Assembly: GCA_946560065.1 (NCBI GenBank)
Contig: CAMNUE010000002.1
Location: forward strand, 78,950 to 142,949
Length of the DNA stretch: 64,000 nucleotides
DNA from: an uncultured bacterium
GTDB taxonomy: Bacteria; Bacillota_I; Bacilli_A; RF39; UBA660
Direction: 5' to 3'
Below are positions 1-9,894 of the stretch, one piece after another (within the stretch, counting starts at the first letter, position 1; every line of letters begins with the position of its first letter). The position numbers were made by a program, and so were the translations under genes. The notes below the pieces were generated by a model that was not told where the DNA came from, did not search any database, and saw only the letters and a program-made list of their open reading frames with translations.

Positions 1-2233
1 CATATGGATGATAATTAACAGCCATTGATAAGATAAAAGTTATAATAAACTCTGATTTACCAGAACCAGTTGAACCAGCAATCAAGCCATGAGGCCCCTG
101 AAACTTTTCATGTAAATCTAAAGTAAATAACTTGCCATCACCATCTACACCTATAGGAGTTGAAAGTGAAGCGGTTGGATTATTACTTAACCATCTATTA
201 ACAATATTTAATTGCTCAATATTTCCAGCTTTATACATTTCTAAGAAATTTATACTAGTTGGTAAACTACTACCACTAGTAGTCAAAGAAATAGGCATAT
301 TAGCAATAACAAATGAATAATCTTCAATTAACGCATTATCCATAACCTCAACTTTAAAACTAACAATATCAGTATTAGATAAATCTTTATCAGTTATCAT
401 ACCAATATCATCAATCTCAACAAACTTATTACATTTACTAGGTACGTTCTTCATGCTTGGTTCAATAGTAATTAGAGAAAAACCAATATTACTATCTTCA
501 TCTAATACTTTTTCAATAATTCCAAGCTTCTTAGTAGAAATAAAACAATCCGTAATAATTAAATAATACTCATCAAACTTCTTATATAAATCATCATGTG
601 AATCATTAATTTCTTTATCATCTTCATTTCCATTATTTAAAGTAAGAATTCTTGTATTATAAATATCTTCTAGACTAGAAGATACCATTTTCATTTCATC
701 TTCATTAGTCGCAAAGAAATGTTTACTTCTATCCCTACTATAACAATAAGGAGTATATTTCATATGATCCCAATAAAATGAGTTAGAATCATCTGTAAAT
801 ATAACAAGTTTTAAATCAACAGAACTATGATATGTCATTAATTGCAACATTAAATAATCAATAAACTGTTTTCTATTAAAACTAGGACTAACAATAAAAG
901 GTAAAATTCTATTTTCAATCAATGAAATAGTAATTGGTACTTCATCAAGGATTAATGGTGTATTAATAAGCTTAACTACCTCTTCATGCAAATTATCTCC
1001 TTCAATATCAAAATCAGATATTGAAGAATTCAAAGTAATTGATGCTTTTCTTTTTCCTATTCCTAATCTAAAAGTAAGAAAATCATTATCAGAAATTTCT
1101 CTTGTCCAAATAGAACTTCTATTCGCAATAAAATTTTCACATTCAATAACACTAAGATTATTTTTATATAAAATTTTAATTTCTTCTGCTATTTCATCAT
1201 TTATTTCCTTCTTCTTATTTTCTAAGTACTCTAAATATTTAGTTTGTCTAATCTTTTCTAATCTTTTACTTTTCCTTTTCTCATATCCACTTAATAAAAC
1301 AGGAAATAAAATTGATCCAGCTAAAGTTATTAAACACATTAATCCTTGTATTATACCAACCATTATATTTCCTTTAGTAATACTAAATAATGAAATAACA
1401 CCTGTAATTGAAGATGATAGTCCCATCATTATCGTAGAACCTAACGTAAGAATAGCTGGTGGCTCATCACTACTACGTTTAGCTGGAGGATTTGTAATTG
1501 AAATCGTCTTATTAACAATAGTCTCTTTAATAGAAGGTGTATGGAAAAAAGCCTGACTCTCGTTATATAAAACAATTCCTCTTTCACTATCTGTAATAGG
1601 ACTATATTTATTTTCGGACTCTTCTCCAAACTGTTTATAGGCTGATAAACTACTTTTAACTAAATTATTAGGACTATTAATTCTAATAAAATCATTCATC
1701 CAAATAATCTTTAAACCATGAACAAATATAACATCACCCATAGTTAATGGTTTAATTTTAGTTCTAACGTTATTAACAAACATCACTGCATTACTATTAT
1801 TAAAATCATCTACATACCAATATCCACCATTTTTATAAAATCTAATATGTGATGCTAAAACACTGCTATTATCATAAATTATTTGTGAACTAGAACTCTT
1901 ACCAAGCGTAAAACCTTCTAAACTTGGAACAGAATAATCAAAATATTGAAGAGGTGAAGAAAAACATATAATTGATAAATAATAATCTAAATCCCCGAAT
2001 TTAATCTTAAAAAAATCATTACCATTTAGATTTTCTTCATCAGCCTTCATATTATTCTTAAGTAAAGTCATTGATTCATTTGATGAAATAGTCCACTTTC
2101 CATCTCTCGCATTAATAACAATTGTCTCCTCTACTCCCATATAAGAAGTATAATTAATAATAAATGCATCTTCTATTTTTGTTGGTAAAGAATATATATA
2201 CACTTTATAATCATCATACAAATATACCTTCAT
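1..2233 (-). CDS. essC: EssC-like FtsK/SpoIIIE-family type VII secretion ATPase, N-terminal ~744 codons (3' end beyond left edge)
   Basis: Absent from the ORF track because no stop lies in the window. The minus-strand frame from ATG 2233-2231 (GAGGA upstream) stays open to position 2: MKVYLYDDYKVYIYSLPTKIEDAF... It has an FHA-like N-terminus and two hydrophobic segments (PAILTLGSTIMMGLSSSITGVISLF; IMVGIIQGLMCLITLAGSILFPVLL). At the edge is the P-loop LHEKFQGPHGLIAGSTGSGKSEFIITFILSMAVNYHP. Confidence 0.75.
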   Translation of the reverse strand, partial: MKVYLYDDYKVYIYSLPTKIEDAFIINYTSYMGVEETIVINARDGKWTISSNESMTLLKNNMKADEENLNGNDFFKIKFGDLDYYLSIICFSSPLQYFDYSVPSLEGFTLGKSSSSQIIYDNSSVLASHIRFYKNGGYWYVDDFNNSNAVMFVNNVRTKIKPLTMGDVIFVHGLKIIWMNDFIRINSPNNLVKSSLSAYKQFGEESENKYSPITDSERGIVLYNESQAFFHTPSIKETIVNKTISITNPPAKRSSDEPPAILTLGSTIMMGLSSSITGVISLFSITKGNIMVGIIQGLMCLITLAGSILFPVLLSGYEKRKSKRLEKIRQTKYLEYLENKKKEINDEIAEEIKILYKNNLSVIECENFIANRSSIWTREISDNDFLTFRLGIGKRKASITLNSSISDFDIEGDNLHEEVVKLINTPLILDEVPITISLIENRILPFIVSPSFNRKQFIDYLMLQLMTYHSSVDLKLVIFTDDSNSFYWDHMKYTPYCYSRDRSKHFFATNEDEMKMVSSSLEDIYNTRILTLNNGNEDDKEINDSHDDLYKKFDEYYLIITDCFISTKKLGIIEKVLDEDSNIGFSLITIEPSMKNVPSKCNKFVEIDDIGMITDKDLSNTDIVSFKVEVMDNALIEDYSFVIANMPISLTTSGSSLPTSINFLEMYKAGNIEQLNIVNRWLSNNPTASLSTPIGVDGDGKLFTLDLHEKFQGPHGLIAGSTGSGKSEFIITFILSMAVNYHPY

Positions 2234-2310
2234 ATCTAACATCCTCTACTATTCTTCTACCATAATTGTACCATAGATAGTAAATATTAGAAATATCAAA
2301 TTACTATCAA

Positions 2311-2335
2311 AAAAGAAAAAAGTAGCCAAGCTACT
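2311..2335 (-). terminator. intrinsic terminator after ankyrin gene
   Basis: Minus strand AGUAGC-UUG-GCUACU followed by a U-run, directly after the stop at 2338. Confidence 0.6.
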
Positions 2336-2337
2336 TA

Positions 2338-3024
2338 TCATTCTGTAATTAAATGATTGTTAACAATTGTTTCTAATATAGTTGAACCATTATTCATAAT
2401 ATCTCTCTTAATTGCATCCATATTATCACTTATACTTTCAACTAAATTAGTCATACAAGGATCCAATTCTTTCTTTTCTAAATTTTCAACTACAATTTCT
2501 AAATTATTAATCTTTGAATATTTTCCATAATACGTATTTTTAATAATAACATTAAGCAAATTTTTAAATGAAAATATATCAATGTCATTAAATCTTTTAT
2601 CTTCTAACAATTTAAATGCTGTGCATAAATAATTATTACCAAGTGCTCTATCTAAAGCAGTCTCACCCTTATTATTCTTTATGTTTGGTAAGTAGTTTTT
2701 CTTTTTAGTAAGTTGTTCTACTATCTTAACTGCAGAAATTGAATTATCATGTGCTAAAATGTGAGCAAAAGTATTACCTTCAGCATTTTTATGATTAACT
2801 TTCCAATTTCTCTTCTTCATTAAAATTAATACTAATTCATATTGTTTTGCTTTAAGAAGTCTTGTTACTACATCATTTCCAATACTATCAACTAAATTAA
2901 CATTAATTTTATTTTCCAAAACTAATTTTTCTATCTTTTCATACTCGCCTTGTTTTATTAAAGTAAATATCAGGGATGGATCTTCCTTTTTCTTATTTAT
3001 TACTACATTTTTATCATTTGTCAT
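2338..3024 (-). CDS. ankyrin-repeat protein
   Basis: ORF 2338..3033 trimmed to ATG 3024 (GAGAGG 8 nt upstream; 3033 is GTG). Repeated ~33-aa units: NVNLVDSIGNDVVTRLLKAKQYELVLILM, HKNAEGNTFAHILA, NNKGETALDRALGNNYLCTAFKLL. Confidence 0.75.
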   Translation of the reverse strand: MTNDKNVVINKKKEDPSLIFTLIKQGEYEKIEKLVLENKINVNLVDSIGNDVVTRLLKAKQYELVLILMKKRNWKVNHKNAEGNTFAHILAHDNSISAVKIVEQLTKKKNYLPNIKNNKGETALDRALGNNYLCTAFKLLEDKRFNDIDIFSFKNLLNVIIKNTYYGKYSKINNLEIVVENLEKKELDPCMTNLVESISDNMDAIKRDIMNNGSTILETIVNNHLITE

Positions 3025-3176
3025 ATAAAACACCTCTCTATAACTCGTGACAGTTATTTATTCTAGCAAAGTACTACTCCACTGTCAAATTACCAAATTT
3101 TTATTGTCATAAAAAATTTTTATTGGAACAAAAGTACCAAAATGCAGTAATATAGATAATCAAAGGAAGTGATTAG

Positions 3177-4049
3177 ATGAAATTCCCAGAAGAAAAAGCA
3201 GATTCCTACATCGAAAGATTAAGTGGAATATCTAATAGTATAAAAACTATTTATAATGATTTAAGTGCAAATTTTGATAATGAAAATGAAGTTGAAAAAT
3301 TACAAGAATATTTAACATTAGCAATAGAACTAGAAGATAAAATTTTAAACGAAATTGGAAAAGAGCTTTTGGAAAATGAACGATTCATAAATAGATTAAA
3401 TTATCTAATAAACAGATCAGAGCTAAATCATAAAAATGATGTAATTACTAGAATAAATAACTACATAATAGAAAGAGGTTATTTAAATCCCTTCTTATCA
3501 ACTGAAGGAAACCCAGAAGAGAAAACGCTTGAAAATTATGTTACTATTAAAAATCAGGCTGCCCTAGACTACTTTAAAAGTATAATTATGTACATAGATA
3601 GTGAATTAGAAAATCCTAAGCAAGAATTAAAGAGAAAGTTAACAACAGCAAAAAATAATTTACTATATAGCCATAAAATGGTAAGTATAATAATGAAGGA
3701 TGAGAGATATCATCAAGTAGATGGAAGAGTCAGATGTATAGTATTTAATCAAAATGAAAAATTAGTAACTGATACTTATAAAGAATATGCTTATAGTATA
3801 ATCAACTATTGTTTGTATAGTATTCTTAATAAAGATGAAAATATTTTAGAACAAATTGAATTAAAAAGTGCCTTAAGCCTTTTAGACAAAGGAGAAATCT
3901 TCGAAGTAGCAAGAAGTTATAATAAAGCAACAAATGAAGACCAAGTTTTTAAATCATTAAGCGAAAATAATCCTAATCATAATATTATTATAAACATTAT
4001 AAAAAGTTTTATGGAAAAGCATATGGAAGTAACTAATGCAAAAAAATAA
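3177..4049 (+). CDS. hypothetical protein (one of only two plus-strand CDS calls here)
   Basis: 290-codon ORF with AAGGAAG RBS about 7 nt before the ATG. It lies between two minus-strand units. No motif recognised. Confidence 0.6.
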   Translation: MKFPEEKADSYIERLSGISNSIKTIYNDLSANFDNENEVEKLQEYLTLAIELEDKILNEIGKELLENERFINRLNYLINRSELNHKNDVITRINNYIIERGYLNPFLSTEGNPEEKTLENYVTIKNQAALDYFKSIIMYIDSELENPKQELKRKLTTAKNNLLYSHKMVSIIMKDERYHQVDGRVRCIVFNQNEKLVTDTYKEYAYSIINYCLYSILNKDENILEQIELKSALSLLDKGEIFEVARSYNKATNEDQVFKSLSENNPNHNIIINIIKSFMEKHMEVTNAKK

Positions 4050-4082
4050 AATCACTTCATTACAGTGATTTTATTTTTATTT

Positions 4083-5216
4083 TTATAATTTTGTTCCACA
4101 GTTAGTACAGAATTTTCCACCAGTACTAGCTGTTCCGCAATTTGGACAGAACTTAGCACCTTCAGTAGTTGGTGCAGCATTATTCCCATTATTAGCATAT
4201 GGATCATAATTTTGTGTAGCCCCTTGATTAGTTTGGTTAGCTTGAGCATTGTTAACTACTCCACCCATAACTCCTCCACTAGCCATATTCATCATACCTA
4301 CACCCATAAATCCATTTGCTGCTCCACCTTCATTTTTAGCAGCATCTTGAACAGCTTGAGCATAAGCTCCTGTAAGCGTACCTTGTTGCATAAAACTATT
4401 AGAAGATAATTCATAATTATCGATTTTCTTATTTGACTCATCATCTAATGTAACACTTTCAACAACGAATCCAACTATATTAATACCACGATTTCTAATT
4501 GGCTGATCAAATACTTTTTCATCCATTGTTTTCTTAATTTCATCAGTACTACTTGGTAATTCTAGTACTGGAACTTTATGTTCAGAATTTCCTAGTTCAT
4601 TTAAAACGTTTTGGAAAGCTCCTACGACTTCACTTCTCATTTGTTCACATAAATCTTCTTTTTTATATTCATCAGCAACTCCTGCAACACGTGACATAAA
4701 CACTGCTGGATCATTAATTTTAAATGTATATTTACCAAAACATTTAACTTCAACTCTCAAAGGACTCATTGAACCAGTCATTTGATTTGGAATTGGATGA
4801 GACCAATCTTGAAATGGAACTGGTGCTGGGGTTCCAAACTTATTATCCATTATTTCCTTAGCATTAATATAGAAAACAGCCTGCTCTTTATTAGTTCCAC
4901 CATTATAAGTAAAACGAGTCCACATTTCTTTAAAAACAGCCCCAAATTGACCTGCAAAAAATGATGGAGAAGAAGACTGATCAAAAGTATAAATACCCTC
5001 TTCAGCAGTAGCATCTAAAATCTTACCATTTTCAAATATAATAGCTATTTGTCCAGGAGCAACTTGAATTGCACTATCCTTTGAAATAACCCCATTAGGA
5101 GTAGACACCCTCTTCATTAAAATATCATTTCCTAAATCTTCACATTTTATATACTCTTTCCATTGATCATGAAGAGTACTTGAAGCAGCAGCTGCTGCAG
5201 CTCTTATTAAACCCAT
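4083..5216 (-). CDS. SPFH/band-7-like protein with C-terminal double zinc ribbon (YdjI-like)
   Basis: ORF 4083..5243 trimmed to ATG 5216 (GGAG 8 nt upstream). MGLIRAAAAAASSTLHDQWKEYIKCEDLGNDILMKR..., C-terminal CPNCG..CTNCG. Last gene of a zinc-ribbon/TPM/SPFH triad, as in B. subtilis ydjGHI. Confidence 0.65.
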   Translation of the reverse strand: MGLIRAAAAAASSTLHDQWKEYIKCEDLGNDILMKRVSTPNGVISKDSAIQVAPGQIAIIFENGKILDATAEEGIYTFDQSSSPSFFAGQFGAVFKEMWTRFTYNGGTNKEQAVFYINAKEIMDNKFGTPAPVPFQDWSHPIPNQMTGSMSPLRVEVKCFGKYTFKINDPAVFMSRVAGVADEYKKEDLCEQMRSEVVGAFQNVLNELGNSEHKVPVLELPSSTDEIKKTMDEKVFDQPIRNRGINIVGFVVESVTLDDESNKKIDNYELSSNSFMQQGTLTGAYAQAVQDAAKNEGGAANGFMGVGMMNMASGGVMGGVVNNAQANQTNQGATQNYDPYANNGNNAAPTTEGAKFCPNCGTASTGGKFCTNCGTKL

Positions 5217-5283
5217 ATAAAATCTCCAATCTTTAATATTCAAATATATTATACAATAAATTATTCCACTTTTAAACTAATTT

Positions 5284-6078
5284 TTAATTATTATCAAATA
5301 ACTTATCACTATCAGTACGAACCATTAAAGTACTAGTATTAATATTTTTTTCTAGATTAATAATCACATTCTTTTTACCATTTAATTTATAAAATAAAAT
5401 AACAACAATAATAAAAGTTAAAGTAACTGATAATACAACGATTTCAATCCAAGGAATATTCTTTACAACCTTACCTTTTTTATCAACCTTATAATTGCCA
5501 TCATTCATTCTATAAAAACCATCCAATATTTTGATATAATCATCAATAGCTTTATAGTAATTACCACCGGCTATATCTTTATAAACATATTCTAAGATTT
5601 GATTAATTCTAACATCTGTATAAATTTCAAATACTTTTCCAGAATGATCTCCACTATTTCCCATATATATTTCAGGTTCACTTCCTGCCATATACATAAC
5701 AAATACAATTCCATCATTCATAAAATCATTATAATCATAAAAATTATTAGCATATTCTACAATTGAAAATCCAAATAAATCGTTAGTTGTAATTACAGCA
5801 ACATCTATATTAGAATCCTTCGTATATTCATATAACTTACTATAAATCTTTTTTTCCTCATCTTCTGTGAGTAAATCTGCATAATCATATATCTTCTCAC
5901 TACTAGAAACGGCAGGAGTTCTGCGTATAGCATCTATATTACTACTATCAACAACTACATCCTTAGGAACTAATAAATTATCATCTGTTCTAGTATATGA
6001 ATTAACAGAAGCATTACAATTTAAATTAAAGAAAAAGAATGAGACTAAAAAACAAACAATTATCTTTATACTTTTCAT
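5284..6078 (-). CDS. TPM-domain membrane protein (YdjH-like)
   Basis: Signal peptide, then YDYADLLTEDEEKKIYSKLYEYTKDSNIDVAVITTNDL (TPM-type motif), and a C-terminal TM helix IEIVVLSVTLTFIIVVILFY. Confidence 0.65.
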   Translation of the reverse strand: MKSIKIIVCFLVSFFFFNLNCNASVNSYTRTDDNLLVPKDVVVDSSNIDAIRRTPAVSSSEKIYDYADLLTEDEEKKIYSKLYEYTKDSNIDVAVITTNDLFGFSIVEYANNFYDYNDFMNDGIVFVMYMAGSEPEIYMGNSGDHSGKVFEIYTDVRINQILEYVYKDIAGGNYYKAIDDYIKILDGFYRMNDGNYKVDKKGKVVKNIPWIEIVVLSVTLTFIIVVILFYKLNGKKNVIINLEKNINTSTLMVRTDSDKLFDNN

Positions 6079-6088
6079 ACTCTACCTC

Positions 6089-6991
6089 CTATAGAAAATA
6101 AGCTACTAAAAAAGCTATTAAAAATATCAAACCAAAAATTAATAAACTAACTATAGCTAATTCTATCTTTCCAAAAGTAAGATTAATTAAAGATTTGCCA
6201 TTCTCTCCATTCATCAAATACATATAATTCTTATTATCATATTTAACATTCAAAATATACACCGGTATTAAAACTCTTTTTCTTTTAAAATTATCTAAAA
6301 CCAGTCCATTCTTTCCTAACTTTTTAGTATCATGCTGAACATTATCTCTAATCATACCTAATGAAGTTTTTACAGCAAGATTAGATACTTTAGTACAAAT
6401 ATCTTTCTCATCTAAATCTCCAAATAAAATAACACTATCATTCAAATAATTACTATCAAATTCTTTTAAATTAGAATAATTACACTCACAAATCTCAAAA
6501 TAAGAACTACCATCTATCTTAGAATTATCACAAACTAATACATTGTTATAATCAAAATTAACAGTATTAACAACCTCATGTTTACTTTGACTATTTTTAT
6601 CATTCTTATCTATTCCAATAAAAGTAGTTGTTCCACCTAAATGCAAATCACATAAACTACTAGCAAGATACATTTTAGAACAAGAAGAAATTGTACTTTT
6701 TTTCTTAAAAATCATAGGAATTATAGGATTAAAAAGAACTTTTTTCTTATAGTCCTTAATTGCATCTTCCTTATTTTTCATAAAAGGAATAATATATGTA
6801 TTAGTATAATCACTACTACACTGACTACTAATTACGTTTTCACTACCACAAAATGAACACTTATTTAATTTATCTTTTGAATTTAAAATACTTCCACATG
6901 CACTACACTTACACTCTTGTAATCCCATATCAAGAATATTACTATCATTATTAACATCATTAAATATATCACTAAAAAAATCAGTATCCAT
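6089..6991 (-). CDS. zinc-ribbon protein with C-terminal TM anchor (YdjG-like)
   Basis: N-terminal CSACG..CSFCG ribbon and C-terminal helix LAIVSLLIFGLIFLIAFLVAYFL. First gene of the triad. Confidence 0.55.
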   Translation of the reverse strand: MDTDFFSDIFNDVNNDSNILDMGLQECKCSACGSILNSKDKLNKCSFCGSENVISSQCSSDYTNTYIIPFMKNKEDAIKDYKKKVLFNPIIPMIFKKKSTISSCSKMYLASSLCDLHLGGTTTFIGIDKNDKNSQSKHEVVNTVNFDYNNVLVCDNSKIDGSSYFEICECNYSNLKEFDSNYLNDSVILFGDLDEKDICTKVSNLAVKTSLGMIRDNVQHDTKKLGKNGLVLDNFKRKRVLIPVYILNVKYDNKNYMYLMNGENGKSLINLTFGKIELAIVSLLIFGLIFLIAFLVAYFL

Positions 6992-7094
6992 ACTATCACA
7001 CCCTATAATAAAATTATAACAAATTATTCTTTATCTCACAATAAAAGAAATGACGAAAAAAGAACCATTAAGGCTCCATTTACATATATATATC

Positions 7095-8168
7095 TTAAAA
7101 ATCATAATACTCATATTCTTTACTATATACTTTTTGCAACTCATCTTCATTACTTAATGTCTCAACAATCTCCAAAGTTTCCTTTTCTATATTCTCTAAA
7201 GTTAATGAGTCTCCACTATCTAAAGTCTCTGAAATATCAGTTTTAATACTAACCATATCAGTCTCGTTTAAATACAACTTATTAGCAGCATAATGTACTA
7301 AGAATCTTTCTATTACAAATTCTGCATTTTCTGAAGAGAATTCAATGTAGTCGTATAATTGACGAAAATCTTTATTATACATATTAATCATTAAAGCTAA
7401 ATTTCCACTCCAAACATTACTTTGATCAGCTCTTATAACTTCAGTTGTTGGCTCATAGCAATATTCTATATCCTCGTCTTCATCTACAAAAGCAGCAGAC
7501 ATAATTCCTTTTCCAACTACTTCACGACAGAAATCATCTTTTTTTATCATATCTGGATTTATTTTAAGACACTTGTCTGTTTTATAAAAATATAATCCTC
7601 CATAAAAATTATTAAAATCTTCTTCATAACAATTAACTATTTTTAAGTCTTTTATATTATGGTAAAGAGCAATTAAATCTAAATCGCTAGCATTTTTTTC
7701 CAAATTATCAAGGCATTCATAAAGATAGTTTTTATACTGATTATTAATATTAACATTCTCTTCAACTGTCTTTCTTACATCATCATAAGTAGGATTCTTA
7801 ACTTCTACGTAATCTCTAAATTCCTCTAAGTTATCAAAATAAAATTTTTCCCTATGATAATCATCAGCATAAATATTATTTAAACTATAATTAACATTAT
7901 ATCTTCTTTTTACCCTAAACAAACCTTTAACAAGGAACTCACATTCATATCCTTTTTTTGCAAAAGGTTTATAATACCATTCTTCTTCAGGCAATTCTTC
8001 AAAACTTTCTAGGCTACTACAATTTACAGCTTGACTTTTTATCATATTGCTATTTTTATCATTACTACATCCAGTAATCATAGTTATCCCTAAAGTAAAT
8101 GGAACAAGCTGCAACTTTGTCATTTTTACAATTTTTTTAAAATATTTAGTATAATTGAAATTTCTCAT
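7095..8168 (-). CDS. lipoprotein, unknown function
   Basis: GGAGG RBS before ATG 8168. Lipobox LGITMITG-C at residues ~27-34. Acidic C-terminus ending KEYEYYDF. Confidence 0.7.
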   Translation of the reverse strand: MRNFNYTKYFKKIVKMTKLQLVPFTLGITMITGCSNDKNSNMIKSQAVNCSSLESFEELPEEEWYYKPFAKKGYECEFLVKGLFRVKRRYNVNYSLNNIYADDYHREKFYFDNLEEFRDYVEVKNPTYDDVRKTVEENVNINNQYKNYLYECLDNLEKNASDLDLIALYHNIKDLKIVNCYEEDFNNFYGGLYFYKTDKCLKINPDMIKKDDFCREVVGKGIMSAAFVDEDEDIEYCYEPTTEVIRADQSNVWSGNLALMINMYNKDFRQLYDYIEFSSENAEFVIERFLVHYAANKLYLNETDMVSIKTDISETLDSGDSLTLENIEKETLEIVETLSNEDELQKVYSKEYEYYDF

Positions 8169-8283
8169 AAATCCTCCCCGAAAATAATTACAAATTTAAT
8201 TAATGTATATAATATCACAAAATAACTCAAAAAGATTACATTAACCAAACAAATAGTTTTAAATATAAAAGGTTTAATCCCTA

Positions 8284-8313
8284 TTGACAAGCTTATCAAA
8301 TCACAATCATAAT
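8284..8313 (+). promoter_or_regulatory. sigma-A-type promoter
   Basis: TTGACA (8284-8289), 18-nt spacer, CATAAT (8308-8313), followed by AGGAG and ATG 8333. Confidence 0.55.
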
Positions 8314-8355
8314 TTTTATAGGAGATGAAAAGATGTCTTATATAGAAGAAAAAAA

Positions 8356-8655
8356 GTGTTAAGAGACATTAAATTTATAGTTTTAAACACTGATATAAGT
8401 GAAATTGATACTTGGAAACTAGAAAAATTAAAAAATGAACTAAAGGAGTATCAATTAAATAAAAAACTAAATGAAAATCAAAAGTCCAATTTCGAATATT
8501 ATCTTAAAGTACTATCTTATATCAAATTTAACGAAGTCAGTCGCTGCAAAATAGAACAAATAACAAAAATAAATAAATTAGTAAAACAAATAGAACAATT
8601 TTTTGAAGGAACAGTAAAAATATTAGTTACAACAGTCAATAAAAAAAGTAATTAA
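8356..8655 (+). CDS. hypothetical protein, start unresolved (see frameshift finding)
   Basis: 99-codon ORF that begins at a GTG with no RBS of its own. A 9-codon ORF with a good RBS (ATG 8333) ends at 8362 in the +1-shifted frame. Confidence 0.4.
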   Translation: MLRDIKFIVLNTDISEIDTWKLEKLKNELKEYQLNKKLNENQKSNFEYYLKVLSYIKFNEVSRCKIEQITKINKLVKQIEQFFEGTVKILVTTVNKKSN

Positions 8656-8961
8656 TAAATTATATCAACAAAATTAAAATAGCACCCAACATTTTGAGTG
8701 TTATTTTTTCACAATAAAAGCTTTTTTAGCAAAACAGCTTCCGATTTTTTTCTAAAATACCCTATACATTAAAAGAAAGAGACAACTTAAATTGTCTCTA
8801 ATATTCTTTGTATCTTAGTATAACCTTGTTTTAAAAAGAATACAATATCTTATTTGTCTAAAAACTCTTATTTTATCTCTATTTTGAAAACAATTCGTAT
8901 CACATTCGTATCATTGATACATTTTTCCAAAAACTGACTTCCTGTAGGTCATTTTTTGTTG

Positions 8962-9462
8962 TTAAAATTCATATTCATCTTCCTCGTCATATTCATCTTG
9001 TTCAATTCCATCTGTCATAAAAGAGACCTGGATTTCAGAATCGTTTTTTGCATTTTCAAAGTAGTTAATAATTTGACTATCTAACAAATGAAAATCTTTT
9101 TTCTTATCTTTGGACAAGTCGTCAAGCATTTCATTGGTTACTGATAAGGCAATCCGTTCGTTGACCCTCATTTCGCTTGGCTTCAATCCCATATCCAAAC
9201 ATACCATTGCCTGTCGAAAATATTTTGGATCTTCATCACGAATTGCTTTTAACTGAACGTACATAGTGTTTAACAAACTAATTCTGGCAATTTCTGATAA
9301 ATGTTGTTCCTGAACCTGATTCAATATTTTTTCATAATGTCCTGCTGGAACCTTTGTTGGTTTGTTTGTCTCTGGATCAATATAAGTGAAAGTCATATCA
9401 CTAATCGCCTTGCTCATATCTTTCACTTTCATTTTCGTAAATTCATCATACTGTTTAATCAT
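8962..9462 (-). CDS. hypothetical acidic-tailed protein
   Basis: ORF 8962..9504 trimmed to ATG 9462 (MIKQYDEF...). Ends DEYDEEDEYEF. Confidence 0.6.
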   Translation of the reverse strand: MIKQYDEFTKMKVKDMSKAISDMTFTYIDPETNKPTKVPAGHYEKILNQVQEQHLSEIARISLLNTMYVQLKAIRDEDPKYFRQAMVCLDMGLKPSEMRVNERIALSVTNEMLDDLSKDKKKDFHLLDSQIINYFENAKNDSEIQVSFMTDGIEQDEYDEEDEYEF

Positions 9463-9513
9463 AATGTTTCCCTTTCTATATATATTGGAATTATAACATA
9501 GCAAAAAATAAAC

Positions 9514-9542
9514 AAAAAGGAAGTTTCAGTTCTTCCTTTTTT
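9514..9542 (-). terminator. bidirectional-looking intrinsic terminator
   Basis: aaaaaGGAAGtttcagttCTTCCtttttt. Confidence 0.55.
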
Positions 9543-9647
9543 AATTTATTGAAGTTTAAAGGTTATCAAATTGGCTTTGTAATATAAATTTTCTTATCGA
9601 GTTCTTTTACTTGTTCCAATATACTTTTTTTCATCTTTATTTTCCTT

Positions 9648-9863
9648 CTAAGCATCGTATGTTTCCTCTTCCTTGCCTGTTATTTGCAAGTAATATTCTT
9701 CTGAGACCTCTTTAATCTCAGTAGGTTCAACACCCATCAGCACCGCAATATAGTCTACAAGTTTTTCCAAGTGATCTTTCGTAATTTCTACAACTCTTCC
9801 TTTTTCATCCTGTGGAGTTACAGAAATATATACTTTACCTGCAATTTCAAAATAAATGGACAT
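9648..9863 (-). CDS. hypothetical small protein
   Basis: ORF trimmed to ATG 9863 (AAGGGA upstream). No motif. Confidence 0.5.
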   Translation of the reverse strand: MSIYFEIAGKVYISVTPQDEKGRVVEITKDHLEKLVDYIAVLMGVEPTEIKEVSEEYYLQITGKEEETYDA

Positions 9864-9894
9864 ACTTTTTCCCTTCATTTAACATCTAATTATT

